A stretch of DNA of 64,000 nt from a virus. Lineage: Duplodnaviria > Heunggongvirae > Uroviricota > Caudoviricetes. Below, one piece after another: positions 45,769 to 54,709 of this stretch. A program made the position numbers and the translations under genes. Location of the stretch: IMG/VR virus record IMGVR_UViG_3300007169_000056, one strand, 5' to 3'. The notes beneath the pieces were generated by a model, which saw only the letters and a program-made list of their open reading frames with translations, ran no database searches and was not told the origin of the DNA. Numbering within the stretch: the stretch's first letter is position 1; the number at the start of each line of letters is the position of its first letter.

Positions 45769-46254
45769 ATGAATGATTCTAAACTACCAGATTGCATTGA
45801 CGATCAAGGACATTATTTTAAGACGTGTTCTAGGTGTGCATATATGGTATGTAGACGGTGCAACGCTCAATCTTATGATCATACATTAGGTATGTGTTCA
45901 ACCTATGGAGATTTTAGTGGAACAACAGCGGAATATGATAGATATTGTGATAGATGTGAACGATTATTGCAAAGGGGACGACCAACAGTGTATTCTCACT
46001 CATTCAAGTGTTATGAAGATTGGGAACAACATAGAATAGTTACCGGTGATATAATATGTAGACAATGTGACGGCAATGGATATTATATGACATATGGGAA
46101 TGAACCACGCAAATGTTGTAGTTGTGAAGGAACTGGCAAGTTTCCATCTCCAAGCCGTATTAAATACTTAGAGAGAATAAAAAAAGAAAAAAGTGAATAT
46201 CCTAAAGAAATGACTTCGTGGGATCTTTTCCTACAGTTATTCAAACTAAAATAA
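45769..46254 (+). CDS. Cys-rich zinc-finger protein
   Basis: multiple CxxC pairs (CSRCAYMVCRRC, CDRCE, CRQCDGNG, CCSCEGTG). Confidence 0.4.
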   Translation: MNDSKLPDCIDDQGHYFKTCSRCAYMVCRRCNAQSYDHTLGMCSTYGDFSGTTAEYDRYCDRCERLLQRGRPTVYSHSFKCYEDWEQHRIVTGDIICRQCDGNGYYMTYGNEPRKCCSCEGTGKFPSPSRIKYLERIKKEKSEYPKEMTSWDLFLQLFKLK

Positions 46255-46259
46255 TTGAT

Positions 46260-46739
46260 ATGACACAACCAGATACGGCGGATTTCTATTTGACCGCAAT
46301 AAAAAACAACAAAGAACGAAAAGAAAAAGAAAAGCACGAACAAAAAGAGCGTAATAGAACATATAAATCAACGCATCATCCTTGTGGTTGTAGAAATGAT
46401 GCGCCTCATTCTATACAATGTATTGAATATGATGTTGATAAAGGATTCAAAAACAGATTTATTGAACGTCATCCTAACTGGTATGATTCAGATGAATATT
46501 TTACATTGAATTTCAATACCACTGATGAATTGTTGCAATGTGAATATGTTGCTAGATATAAAAAAGACACTGATGCTGACAAATTTTACCAATATTCACT
46601 ATCAATAGACAAATATAGCCCGCCAATGTTGATGGCTGAGTATAATAATGGAACCAGTTGGTGGTGTCTTGGTAAACTACGAACAACCGATGGATTAAAT
46701 TTGCCAAAATGGGAACCTGTATACAAAAAGAAGGATTGA
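46260..46739 (+). CDS. hypothetical protein
   Basis: start trimmed to the junction ATG. Confidence 0.4.
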   Translation: MTQPDTADFYLTAIKNNKERKEKEKHEQKERNRTYKSTHHPCGCRNDAPHSIQCIEYDVDKGFKNRFIERHPNWYDSDEYFTLNFNTTDELLQCEYVARYKKDTDADKFYQYSLSIDKYSPPMLMAEYNNGTSWWCLGKLRTTDGLNLPKWEPVYKKKD

Positions 46740-46740
46740 T

Positions 46741-46980
46741 ATGAAAATACAAAATATAAACACGTCGTGGAAAAATCAAAATGCAATAGATGATGATATG
46801 TGTAATTATGCTATTCAGATTAGCAAACCAACCGGAAAAATAGGCTTTTATGAAAACGTAACACTGAAAGATAAATATCTCAATATAGAAACAGCAGTGC
46901 AAAAAGCCACCGAAGTTCAAAACGTATTAAAAGCAATAGATTCGTACATCCAAGTTTCAGTGGTAGAAGGATTGATATGA
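46741..46980 (+). CDS. small hypothetical protein
   Basis: bounded by conserved junctions. Confidence 0.4.
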   Translation: MKIQNINTSWKNQNAIDDDMCNYAIQISKPTGKIGFYENVTLKDKYLNIETAVQKATEVQNVLKAIDSYIQVSVVEGLI

Positions 46981-47252
46981 AATACAAAACATTTGCGGAT
47001 GCTATGAATGATGGATGGTCATTGGTGCCTATAGACAAAGAAATTGCACAAATAGGAACTTATTATTCATATTGGAAAAAGGATGGCAAAGTATTGTGTG
47101 AGGACGAGTTGATTGAAAATTGGACCATGAACAATTCACACCAACAACTAACTACTATTTCTGAAAAATGGAAGCACATATTTCCGCCCAATGAACCGTC
47201 TGGTCCGATGAAGCCAATTCTCATTGAAGGACAACAGAAAAAATTGATATGA
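46977..47252 (+). CDS. small hypothetical protein
   Basis: ATGA start/stop overlap junctions. Confidence 0.4.
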   Translation: MKYKTFADAMNDGWSLVPIDKEIAQIGTYYSYWKKDGKVLCEDELIENWTMNNSHQQLTTISEKWKHIFPPNEPSGPMKPILIEGQQKKLI

Positions 47253-47503
47253 ATGAAAAACTAATAAACGTTGGTGATTGTTGTGTGGCTATCAAGGCTA
47301 TCAATTTAGATAAATCATCTCATGATGAAATCGATGCCTATGGTAAAGCTAATAACTTGACAATAGTATATGCTGACTGGCATCCAAATCCTGAATATCG
47401 TATATCAAAAACTGGTAGTTTTTTGAGTCAAAATAAAAAATATCCAAGCGGACTAATTTTAGTGGATAATAAAGGAGAACCACATCCATACAAAAAAGAT
47501 TGA
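47249..47503 (+). CDS. small hypothetical protein
   Basis: bounded by conserved junctions. Confidence 0.4.
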   Translation: MNEKLINVGDCCVAIKAINLDKSSHDEIDAYGKANNLTIVYADWHPNPEYRISKTGSFLSQNKKYPSGLILVDNKGEPHPYKKD

Positions 47504-47504
47504 T

Positions 47505-47690
47505 ATGACCCGTAAAGAAGAACTAGAATATAGACTTAAACAAATTGGTAATAGAATAATTGAGCATGGACGAGATGCTGCATTAAAAGGAATATCCATT
47601 GATGATAATCCGTGGAAAGGATTTTCACATGAGTTCCATATTTGGCGAAACGGTTGGATATTTGAAACCAATTTGAAAAAAGAGGATTAA
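47505..47690 (+). CDS. small hypothetical protein
   Basis: bounded by conserved junctions. Confidence 0.4.
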   Translation: MTRKEELEYRLKQIGNRIIEHGRDAALKGISIDDNPWKGFSHEFHIWRNGWIFETNLKKED

Positions 47691-47691
47691 T

Positions 47692-48174
47692 ATGAAAACA
47701 ATACCCATAAAAATTGGAGGATCTACACTGGTAGGTTATGTTGCTGACAGTTATCCAATCGACGGTGGCAATTGTTTTGATTTGATTGATACCGATGGTA
47801 GTAGACATCGTGTTGTAAACTTTGGATATGAGAATCTAAAAGAGTGGATGAAACGAACTGGACAGACTGATATTATGGTTCGTTGTATTCCAAAATCAGA
47901 TAAATTGTGGGAGATTTGTGATGAACGTATACCCAAAGAGTGGTATAGCAGTGAATATTGCACAGTTTGCACTCCTATTAGGATGTTGCCGTTTGAGCAG
48001 CGTAAACAATATGTCAAAAACAAGAAGTTTACAAAGACAAAAGATGGAGATTTAATAATTTCTACGACTCTTGTTCCACAAGCCAGAAAATTGAATTTCA
48101 AATGGGCGACTGAAATTGAACAAAATATGGTATACGCCCATTATATACCAATAATCAAAAACAAAATGATATGA
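47692..48174 (+). CDS. hypothetical protein
   Basis: bounded by conserved junctions. Confidence 0.4.
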   Translation: MKTIPIKIGGSTLVGYVADSYPIDGGNCFDLIDTDGSRHRVVNFGYENLKEWMKRTGQTDIMVRCIPKSDKLWEICDERIPKEWYSSEYCTVCTPIRMLPFEQRKQYVKNKKFTKTKDGDLIISTTLVPQARKLNFKWATEIEQNMVYAHYIPIIKNKMI

Positions 48175-48353
48175 GCCGCAAGATTTTAAAGAACTATTGT
48201 TTTGAATTAGACAATTTTGAACGAGGTATAAACAAACGAATGCAAATTATTGTATCCGATTACAATTTGAAAAATGCTAAAAACCAAGTAAAAAAAATGT
48301 TGGGTAAGATTGTAGCAGATAAAATGACATTAGAGTTTTCAGAAAAGGCTTGA
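48171..48353 (+). CDS. small hypothetical protein
   Basis: bounded by conserved junctions. Confidence 0.35.
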   Translation: MSRKILKNYCFELDNFERGINKRMQIIVSDYNLKNAKNQVKKMLGKIVADKMTLEFSEKA

Positions 48354-48354
48354 T

Positions 48355-48573
48355 ATGACTTATGAAGATAAATTAAATGAGTTGAAATTAAAAGGTTATG
48401 ATAGTTCAAATATTAATAATGTGATTGAATACAAGTGCAGCAATCCAGAGTGTGATGTTGTTAATTATGGAACGACATTTTCTTTTTATGCATATACATT
48501 GTATGGCAAACCAAAAGGTGGATGCCGCGTATGTAAATCACCAATAGAAATTACAGTAATTAATGAAAATTGA
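48355..48573 (+). CDS. small zinc-ribbon protein
   Basis: CSNPEC ... CRVCKSP. Confidence 0.4.
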   Translation: MTYEDKLNELKLKGYDSSNINNVIEYKCSNPECDVVNYGTTFSFYAYTLYGKPKGGCRVCKSPIEITVINEN

Positions 48574-48574
48574 T

Positions 48575-48847
48575 ATGTCAATAGTAAATTATATGATATA
48601 CGGTGGGTATAAAGAAATACCACGGGAAGAATATTATGAGTGGTTCAAAAACGCCTCTATCATAAGAGAAGAAAGTTTTGTAATTTCAAATTTTTGCGGA
48701 CCCCACGAATTTTCCACTACTATCAGTAAAAATGGAATGACTTATGAGTTGGGATGGGGATGGCATGTAGAAAATGGTAAAACCATAGACTGGTATGGAG
48801 TAAGAAAACTACACACAGATCATAATCAAAATGGAAACGGTATATGA
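48575..48847 (+). CDS. small hypothetical protein
   Basis: start trimmed to the junction ATG. Confidence 0.4.
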   Translation: MSIVNYMIYGGYKEIPREEYYEWFKNASIIREESFVISNFCGPHEFSTTISKNGMTYELGWGWHVENGKTIDWYGVRKLHTDHNQNGNGI

Positions 48848-49260
48848 CCACAAAAACACATATAGTATGTCCTGCGTGCAATAAACCCACCGGAGAGATT
48901 GATCATTTTGTAGATTTTAACAAGTCAGTTAAAACACGATGGTATTGTGATAGTTGTATGACGGACTTGGAATATAATAAAGCAATCATATTAAATAATT
49001 TTACAGAAGAACAATATAGAGAATTGTTTGAGGGTCCGGACTATGATTTGAAACTCATACGAGCGGCAAAAAAATATAAACTTAGAATGGATAAAGAAGT
49101 GTTAACTGAGTATCTTACGGAACAATTAATTCATGCGAGTTCCGGAGAATATATTGGGGAGGGTTATCACGGAGGGTTATCATGTGAAGAATGGAGACGT
49201 AGAAGAATTTGTTTGGAACAATGTTTAGCCGAATTAAATAGTATAAATGAAGAGAATTAA
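48844..49260 (+). CDS. zinc-finger hypothetical protein
   Basis: CPACNKP ... CDSCMTD. Confidence 0.4.
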   Translation: MTTKTHIVCPACNKPTGEIDHFVDFNKSVKTRWYCDSCMTDLEYNKAIILNNFTEEQYRELFEGPDYDLKLIRAAKKYKLRMDKEVLTEYLTEQLIHASSGEYIGEGYHGGLSCEEWRRRRICLEQCLAELNSINEEN

Positions 49261-49261
49261 T

Positions 49262-49513
49262 ATGACCAAAACACAACTAAAAAAAATCAAAGAACTTGAC
49301 GCATTTCTAAAACAAAGAAAGATGGAATTGCGAGGAAGTGATATTATTATGGGGTTTAATATGCAGACGTATGGAACTGAAAAGCATGTTCAACTAAATC
49401 TAGATATAGGATATATCAGAGGCAGCGACTCTGATATTCAAGAACTAAACAAAATACCAAAAATAAAAGAACATTATCATATTGACAAAAATGGAAAATT
49501 AAAATCATATTAA
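49262..49513 (+). CDS. small hypothetical protein
   Basis: start trimmed to the junction ATG. Confidence 0.4.
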   Translation: MTKTQLKKIKELDAFLKQRKMELRGSDIIMGFNMQTYGTEKHVQLNLDIGYIRGSDSDIQELNKIPKIKEHYHIDKNGKLKSY

Positions 49514-49517
49514 TGAG

Positions 49518-49949
49518 ATGATAATACCCAATACTTCATGTAGAAGTGCTACGAGTTTGTTCACAAATGAAGAATTGACTGTCTGGTGCAAAAATAACGG
49601 TGGACATTATGCACAAGAAAATGAACTAAACAGTGTGTTTTTTGAACAACAATATGAACAATGTGTTGAGGTTTATAATACACTTGATCCAGATTTTATC
49701 CGAAAATATGATCATCTAAATGATTTTCTTGATATTCATAGAACCAATATCGCTAGATACAATCGTTATATCACAAGAAAGAATAACAACATTCGGTTTG
49801 ATATATTTGACGGCGATCCATTTATTTCTGGATTGGATTTAATATATAATTCCAACAGATTTGTGATCAAAGACGTGTATACAAAACCAAGTATTATTTC
49901 ATTTCGATATGTAATAGATGGTAGAAGATCCGACAAACAAAAAGATTGA
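49518..49949 (+). CDS. hypothetical protein, paralog B-prime (FTNEELTVWCKNNGGHYAQENEL)
   Basis: shares motifs with the 44115 gene. Confidence 0.4.
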   Translation: MIIPNTSCRSATSLFTNEELTVWCKNNGGHYAQENELNSVFFEQQYEQCVEVYNTLDPDFIRKYDHLNDFLDIHRTNIARYNRYITRKNNNIRFDIFDGDPFISGLDLIYNSNRFVIKDVYTKPSIISFRYVIDGRRSDKQKD

Positions 49950-49950
49950 T

Positions 49951-50142
49951 ATGACTGAAAAAGGATATACATTAAATGAGATGTTGGAAAACAGCAGAAT
50001 ACTTGCGAGTGAAATCAAAAAGGATAATTTTCCAATAGAAGGCACCACTGAAAAAGATTATATGATAGTTGGTAACATTGCTGTTTACACACCGTATATT
50101 CCATTGTATACTACACCTTTAATAACAGATAAGAAGGATTGA
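49951..50142 (+). CDS. small hypothetical protein
   Basis: bounded by conserved junctions. Confidence 0.4.
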   Translation: MTEKGYTLNEMLENSRILASEIKKDNFPIEGTTEKDYMIVGNIAVYTPYIPLYTTPLITDKKD

Positions 50143-50143
50143 T

Positions 50144-50344
50144 ATGAAGATCAAAGTAATTAAGCAATACGATCCCATCAAATTTACAGAGGCGGTAAAT
50201 AATCATTTAACTGATGGATGGCAATTATTTGGAGAACCAAAAATTGAAACAGTTGTAGAACAAAAGATGTGGGATGGTGATCCATATAGCGTAACCCATA
50301 CTGTATATCATCAAATAGTAAAAACCGGAAAAAATGAAAACTAA
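50144..50344 (+). CDS. small hypothetical protein
   Basis: bounded by conserved junctions. Confidence 0.4.
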   Translation: MKIKVIKQYDPIKFTEAVNNHLTDGWQLFGEPKIETVVEQKMWDGDPYSVTHTVYHQIVKTGKNEN

Positions 50345-50552
50345 GTATCTATCAGTATATCCAGAATGGCATTGTAGAAAAGCTGGAGGATTGTTTTTTG
50401 GATTTCGATTAGACTTTCCATGTAGTATTTACGACGCTGATGCTTTTGCGTCAAATCACACCTATACTGATATTAGATTGACATTAGGACTAATTGCGTT
50501 TAGTGTCAAAGTACATATCAAATACAACTATAAGAAAACGTTACCTCAATGA
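50334..50552 (+). CDS. small hypothetical protein
   Basis: ORF only. Confidence 0.35.
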   Translation: MKTKYLSVYPEWHCRKAGGLFFGFRLDFPCSIYDADAFASNHTYTDIRLTLGLIAFSVKVHIKYNYKKTLPQ

Positions 50553-50818
50553 ATAAAAATATAACTATAATTAAGAAACTAAAAGACGATAAATATCAAA
50601 ATGATCATTCTCAGGTCGATGAAGAAACCAGAAATATTTATAAATGGCCCAAATGGTATTGGGGATTAGGATCCGATGGAGAATTATATTTTAAAGGACA
50701 AATCTCCGGATATTCGTATCCAAACTGGACAAAAAAATCGGGGGTAGAGTTGCCACTTTCAACAGAGGAAATTTGCAGGCTAAGTGATTTTATACGTTTT
50801 TATCTAAACTTGATATGA
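50549..50818 (+). CDS. small hypothetical protein
   Basis: ends in a TTGATATGA junction. Confidence 0.4.
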   Translation: MNKNITIIKKLKDDKYQNDHSQVDEETRNIYKWPKWYWGLGSDGELYFKGQISGYSYPNWTKKSGVELPLSTEEICRLSDFIRFYLNLI

Positions 50819-51333
50819 AAGCGAACACACGACCGATTGTTAAACCGTGGGTAGTAAGCAGTTTAAAAAAATCTATAGACGAATATTTGTATAGTATGGC
50901 AGAAAAGGAAAATCGATGTTTACACGATTCGTGTTTAGAGTGTAATGGAACAGGAACAAACAAATATAACGGACAGCCGTGTGTCCATATGATAAGTTGT
51001 AGATGTAGTAAATGTTCTAGCGGGGCACAAATAGAACCATGGATTATGAAAAAAGTTGACGAATCTTTACGAAACAGATTTCCGGATAGAGAAAGTCGAA
51101 CATTGCCTTTTGAAAAAAATATGAATAAACCCATCGGTGCAACACAAAAACAGTTGGATGACAACAATATCGAATGGGTATTATGCGGCAACTATGGACA
51201 TAGAGATACCCAAGAACCAAAATGGGCATTGCGTCATAGCAGTGAATATGACTGGGCGAAAGAACGAACAATGTTGTTGCAAGAAATTGCTAATTTGCGT
51301 AGACAGATAACACGATTGGAAGGTTTGACATGA
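50815..51333 (+). CDS. Cys-rich protein with C-terminal repeat module A-prime
   Basis: CLHDSCLECNGTG, CRCSKCS; C-terminus KPIGATQKQLDDNNIEWVLCG...ERTMLLQEIANLRR. Confidence 0.45.
   Translation: MKANTRPIVKPWVVSSLKKSIDEYLYSMAEKENRCLHDSCLECNGTGTNKYNGQPCVHMISCRCSKCSSGAQIEPWIMKKVDESLRNRFPDRESRTLPFEKNMNKPIGATQKQLDDNNIEWVLCGNYGHRDTQEPKWALRHSSEYDWAKERTMLLQEIANLRRQITRLEGLT
51127..51310 (+). repeat. direct repeat module A-prime (right copy)
   Basis: 36-nt identical core at 51262-51297 matching 43506-43541. Confidence 0.7.
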
Positions 51334-51488
51334 TAGAAATTGACTATCAACCGACGAACAGACAAAAGGTTCAAAAAACCACAAAACACAAGTTTTGGTG
51401 TAAATGTGACCGGAATATTGTTGGTGAAATAGGCAAATGTCCCGTATGTGGTCGATACAATAGAAAAAACAGAAAACGGTTGAGATAA
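51330..51488 (+). CDS. small zinc-ribbon protein (52 aa)
   Basis: hand-translated MIEIDYQPTNRQKVQKTTKHKFWCKCDRNIVGEIGKCPVCGRYNRKNRKRLR. Confidence 0.35.
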   Translation: MIEIDYQPTNRQKVQKTTKHKFWCKCDRNIVGEIGKCPVCGRYNRKNRKRLR

Positions 51489-51679
51489 TGAGTGAAATAT
51501 CACCAAAATGGCCAACATTGGAAGGCCGACTAAATAATCCAATCACCGATGAACTTACTGCTTTACTTCAGTTGAAAGAGTCAGTACCATTGTCTGAATT
51601 GGCAGAAAAACGTCTCAAACAGTTATTAAACGATAAAAACAAAATTAACTATGAAGTGGACAAAAAAGAAACCAAATAA
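51488..51679 (+). CDS. small hypothetical protein
   Basis: TAATG overlap with the upstream gene. Confidence 0.35.
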   Translation: MSEISPKWPTLEGRLNNPITDELTALLQLKESVPLSELAEKRLKQLLNDKNKINYEVDKKETK

Positions 51680-51842
51680 AACTGGATACTATTGGTATAA
51701 ATCAGATTCTACTCAAGGACTTGAAATGCTACGCGTCAGAGAACATAAAGGTGGGTTTTTTGCGGACAACGAAGAATATAATTTCGTAATTGATGCATCT
51801 GATGAATCTGAAAGATGGTGTTACATTCCAGAACCCAAATAA
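51651..51842 (+). CDS. small hypothetical protein
   Basis: ORF only. Confidence 0.3.
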   Translation: MKWTKKKPNKTGYYWYKSDSTQGLEMLRVREHKGGFFADNEEYNFVIDASDESERWCYIPEPK

Positions 51843-51845
51843 CAT

Positions 51846-52361
51846 ATGAGTAATTTATTAAAACATGCTGAACGTGAACTGTCTCTCATTGGTTATGACG
51901 GTACAGATGAATATGATAATACAGCAAAAAAGGCTATATTAGAACTAATAGAAACATTTGCCAAACAAGGTCACAGCGGATTTAGCGCTGGTTACGTGGT
52001 AAGTCTTTTCAACAAACTGGCAAGATATGAGACATTATCTCCATTGACTGGTAATGATGATGAATGGAATGAAATACTCGACAATCAACCTCAACACGGA
52101 GTTTTGTTTCAAAATAATAGAAACAGTGCTGTTTTTAAAACAGACGGTGGATGTTATTATATTGATGCTATTGTGTGGATTGACGAAACCGGATGTAGCT
52201 TCACCAATGGAAGAAGCCGAGGATATATCAAGTCGTTTCCATTCACACCCAAAACGTTTTATGTACATGTAGATGCAAATGATGTCGTCATAGACACCGA
52301 AGAACATCAGAAAGCTCTCGACTATTATCACCATGAACAAAACGTTGGAAAAGTTTTGTGA
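51846..52361 (+). CDS. hypothetical protein
   Basis: ORF only. Confidence 0.4.
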   Translation: MSNLLKHAERELSLIGYDGTDEYDNTAKKAILELIETFAKQGHSGFSAGYVVSLFNKLARYETLSPLTGNDDEWNEILDNQPQHGVLFQNNRNSAVFKTDGGCYYIDAIVWIDETGCSFTNGRSRGYIKSFPFTPKTFYVHVDANDVVIDTEEHQKALDYYHHEQNVGKVL

Positions 52362-52608
52362 AGTAGAACTTCGTGCTTTGTCTATCTACAAAGAAAAATA
52401 CACGACAAAAGATCAATTGTATGATCAGTTACTTGCTGAGTTTGGTAAAAGGTACGAAAATGTTATTTTACTGGCAATTGAAGCTGCCGCAGAAGCAAGC
52501 AATTTTCATGACGATGTTGGTCCTTGGATGCGTGACTTGAAAGAAAAAGCTGGACACTTTACCCTAGAAGATCTAAAATCAACAAGAATTTATGTCAAAT
52601 CCAACTAG
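52333..52608 (+). CDS. small hypothetical protein
   Basis: ORF only. Confidence 0.35.
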   Translation: MNKTLEKFCEVELRALSIYKEKYTTKDQLYDQLLAEFGKRYENVILLAIEAAAEASNFHDDVGPWMRDLKEKAGHFTLEDLKSTRIYVKSN

Positions 52609-52879
52609 AGAAAAACTAACGTTAACTAAAGAACAAGCCCTAGATATTATCGGGGGTGATAACAAAGACTTTGTTGAAATCCAAAACGAAATCGTGGAAC
52701 ACAAACGGTGGAGTGTGGTACACGAAATCGTCGTTAAACGAAAGTCTGACGGAAAATATTTCATGGACACTTATCAAACTGGTGCAACTGAAAGCCAAGA
52801 CGAATGGCCCTATGAATATACCGATCCGGATTTTACAGAAGTCTTTCCAGTAACTAAAACATACATCGATTATGAATAA
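52592..52879 (+). CDS. small hypothetical protein
   Basis: ORF only. Confidence 0.35.
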   Translation: MSNPTREKLTLTKEQALDIIGGDNKDFVEIQNEIVEHKRWSVVHEIVVKRKSDGKYFMDTYQTGATESQDEWPYEYTDPDFTEVFPVTKTYIDYE

Positions 52880-53297
52880 CCGAAACACAATCAGTGAATG
52901 TCGTGTCTATGACGAGAAGTATCGGTGTTGGGACGACACGCCGTTGATGATTTATCCAAACCAACAGATTGTCAAACAAGGTCGTATCATTCAGTGGTAT
53001 ACAGGTGTTCTTGACAAACATGGTAAGAAAATCTATGAAGGTGATGTAGTCAAAACCATTGATAGTGGTATTGGCGTATTGTTTGGCGCACCAAAATACA
53101 CCCGTGGAGTAATCACATGGCTTCGTGAATCATTTTGTATATGTCAAAGTTACGTGGGCGGTAACGAACTAAGCAATTATGTTTTTTGTGATTGCTGTGG
53201 CTGTGACTTGATTGTCATTGGCAATATCTTTGACAATCCAGAATTGTTGGAAGACGATCCTGTTGTCAAACAATCGCGAGAAACTAAAAAAGATTGA
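52872..53297 (+). CDS. YopX-family protein
   Basis: C-terminal IGNIFDNPELLE resembles the YopX IGNIyeNPELL signature. Confidence 0.5.
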   Translation: MNNRNTISECRVYDEKYRCWDDTPLMIYPNQQIVKQGRIIQWYTGVLDKHGKKIYEGDVVKTIDSGIGVLFGAPKYTRGVITWLRESFCICQSYVGGNELSNYVFCDCCGCDLIVIGNIFDNPELLEDDPVVKQSRETKKD

Positions 53298-53329
53298 CAA
53301 TTTGTGGAAGTTAGTATAAAGTATCTGTA

Positions 53330-53797
53330 ATGAGAACATACAAGAGTGATCACTACAAGAATTCCAAGGGCGAACAGATAGAGTTCAGGGTTTTGGTGTA
53401 TACTCGCCCCAATCTTCGTGATGGTATTGGTGAAATGTTGATGTATCGTGGAAAAACCATTTTGGAAATCATGTTTGACAAGTGTATGGTTGATCCTGAC
53501 ATTACGTGTATCGATATGGAATACCCTGAACGATGGGCAAACATTCTTGAACTTCGGGCAATTCCAAATCGTATGTTGGCTTGTTTTCCTAATTTGAAAC
53601 AAGTATTGATTAAGACCCATTCGGTCTACATTATTCAGTGTGTTCACTCCGAACACATTGGTATTTGTGACGACGCCAGCAAGTATCCAGAAAAGGATTA
53701 TGCTGATATCAACACTCGTTATTGCGATGGTCCTGAGCAGTTTACGGGACTGTGGACAATGACTCCTTCTACTGGTCTAAAGAAAGTACATCCATGA
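53330..53797 (+). CDS. hypothetical protein
   Basis: ORF only. Confidence 0.4.
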   Translation: MRTYKSDHYKNSKGEQIEFRVLVYTRPNLRDGIGEMLMYRGKTILEIMFDKCMVDPDITCIDMEYPERWANILELRAIPNRMLACFPNLKQVLIKTHSVYIIQCVHSEHIGICDDASKYPEKDYADINTRYCDGPEQFTGLWTMTPSTGLKKVHP

Positions 53798-53970
53798 AAT
53801 ACTCTTACGCATACAATTTGTATGATAAAGACGGCGACGTGTATGAAGACTGTTTATTGGTTTTCATTGGTGACAATACCATCGTTAAATTTCAAGATAG
53901 TATTGAACTTGAACAATTTGCACATCGTATTCTAAGCAGCATCAAAGAAATCCGAGAGAGTGAAAAATGA
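53794..53970 (+). CDS. small hypothetical protein
   Basis: ATGA overlap start. Confidence 0.35.
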   Translation: MKYSYAYNLYDKDGDVYEDCLLVFIGDNTIVKFQDSIELEQFAHRILSSIKEIRESEK

Positions 53971-54449
53971 AAACTGCATACGACTTGATCACAGAATTCT
54001 ATGGTACTCGTTGTGCCAAACGGTCGGGGGTACCACTGATCAATCATATCAATGAGGGATTGAAGATTTTGGATCTTTTGAATTGTTGTGATGCCACCAA
54101 AAAAGCATACGTTATTCATCCAATTGTACAAGACGGTGAATCTTTAGCAAAAAATTACGAAACTGTTCAACATCTTGACGGCAAGACGTTGATTTTTGCT
54201 ATGGAATACCGCAGAACTGCCAATGCGTGGTTGTGTGGCATGAAAAAGCCAAAGAATCCACTGTCGCCGTTGCATCAAGTTAATCAAATGTTGACAGCAG
54301 ATAAGATTCAGAACCGTAAAGATTTTGAAATCTATCATAAAGCTACTCATGAAAACTCAGCAGAGTTGACTCAGTATTTTTCAGAGTGGTTAGACACATT
54401 GGGTGTGTCTGAATCGGACTATACCAAATGGTTAGAAATTATCAAATAA
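53967..54449 (+). CDS. hypothetical protein
   Basis: ORF only. Confidence 0.4.
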   Translation: MKTAYDLITEFYGTRCAKRSGVPLINHINEGLKILDLLNCCDATKKAYVIHPIVQDGESLAKNYETVQHLDGKTLIFAMEYRRTANAWLCGMKKPKNPLSPLHQVNQMLTADKIQNRKDFEIYHKATHENSAELTQYFSEWLDTLGVSESDYTKWLEIIK

Positions 54450-54451
54450 GT

Positions 54452-54709
54452 ATGAAACCAGACAAAGAAGGATTGTGGGAATGGACCGACGACAACGGAG
54501 ACGTTCGTGTCGTAAACGTCATTGACGTTGGACATGACAGTCCGTGGTTGAGGGTGTATTATCTTGGTGGATACTACAATGTTCACGACGAATGTATTGG
54601 AACTCCCGACGAGGAATATTCAAAAGCAGAATGGCCAGATCGTTGGGGTCGTTACTTGGGAACGCTCGAAAGCATTCCTCTTGAAGAAACTTACGGTGGA
54701 ATTTTATGA
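54452..54709 (+). CDS. small hypothetical protein
   Basis: start trimmed. Confidence 0.35.
   Translation: MKPDKEGLWEWTDDNGDVRVVNVIDVGHDSPWLRVYYLGGYYNVHDECIGTPDEEYSKAEWPDRWGRYLGTLESIPLEETYGGIL

Noticed and set aside
43358-50818. Could the regularly spaced conserved junction motifs be a CRISPR array?
   Set aside because: The repeats are about 14 nt, not palindromic, spaced 180-520 nt apart with each interval being a full ORF with start, stop and SD. No cas genes are present.
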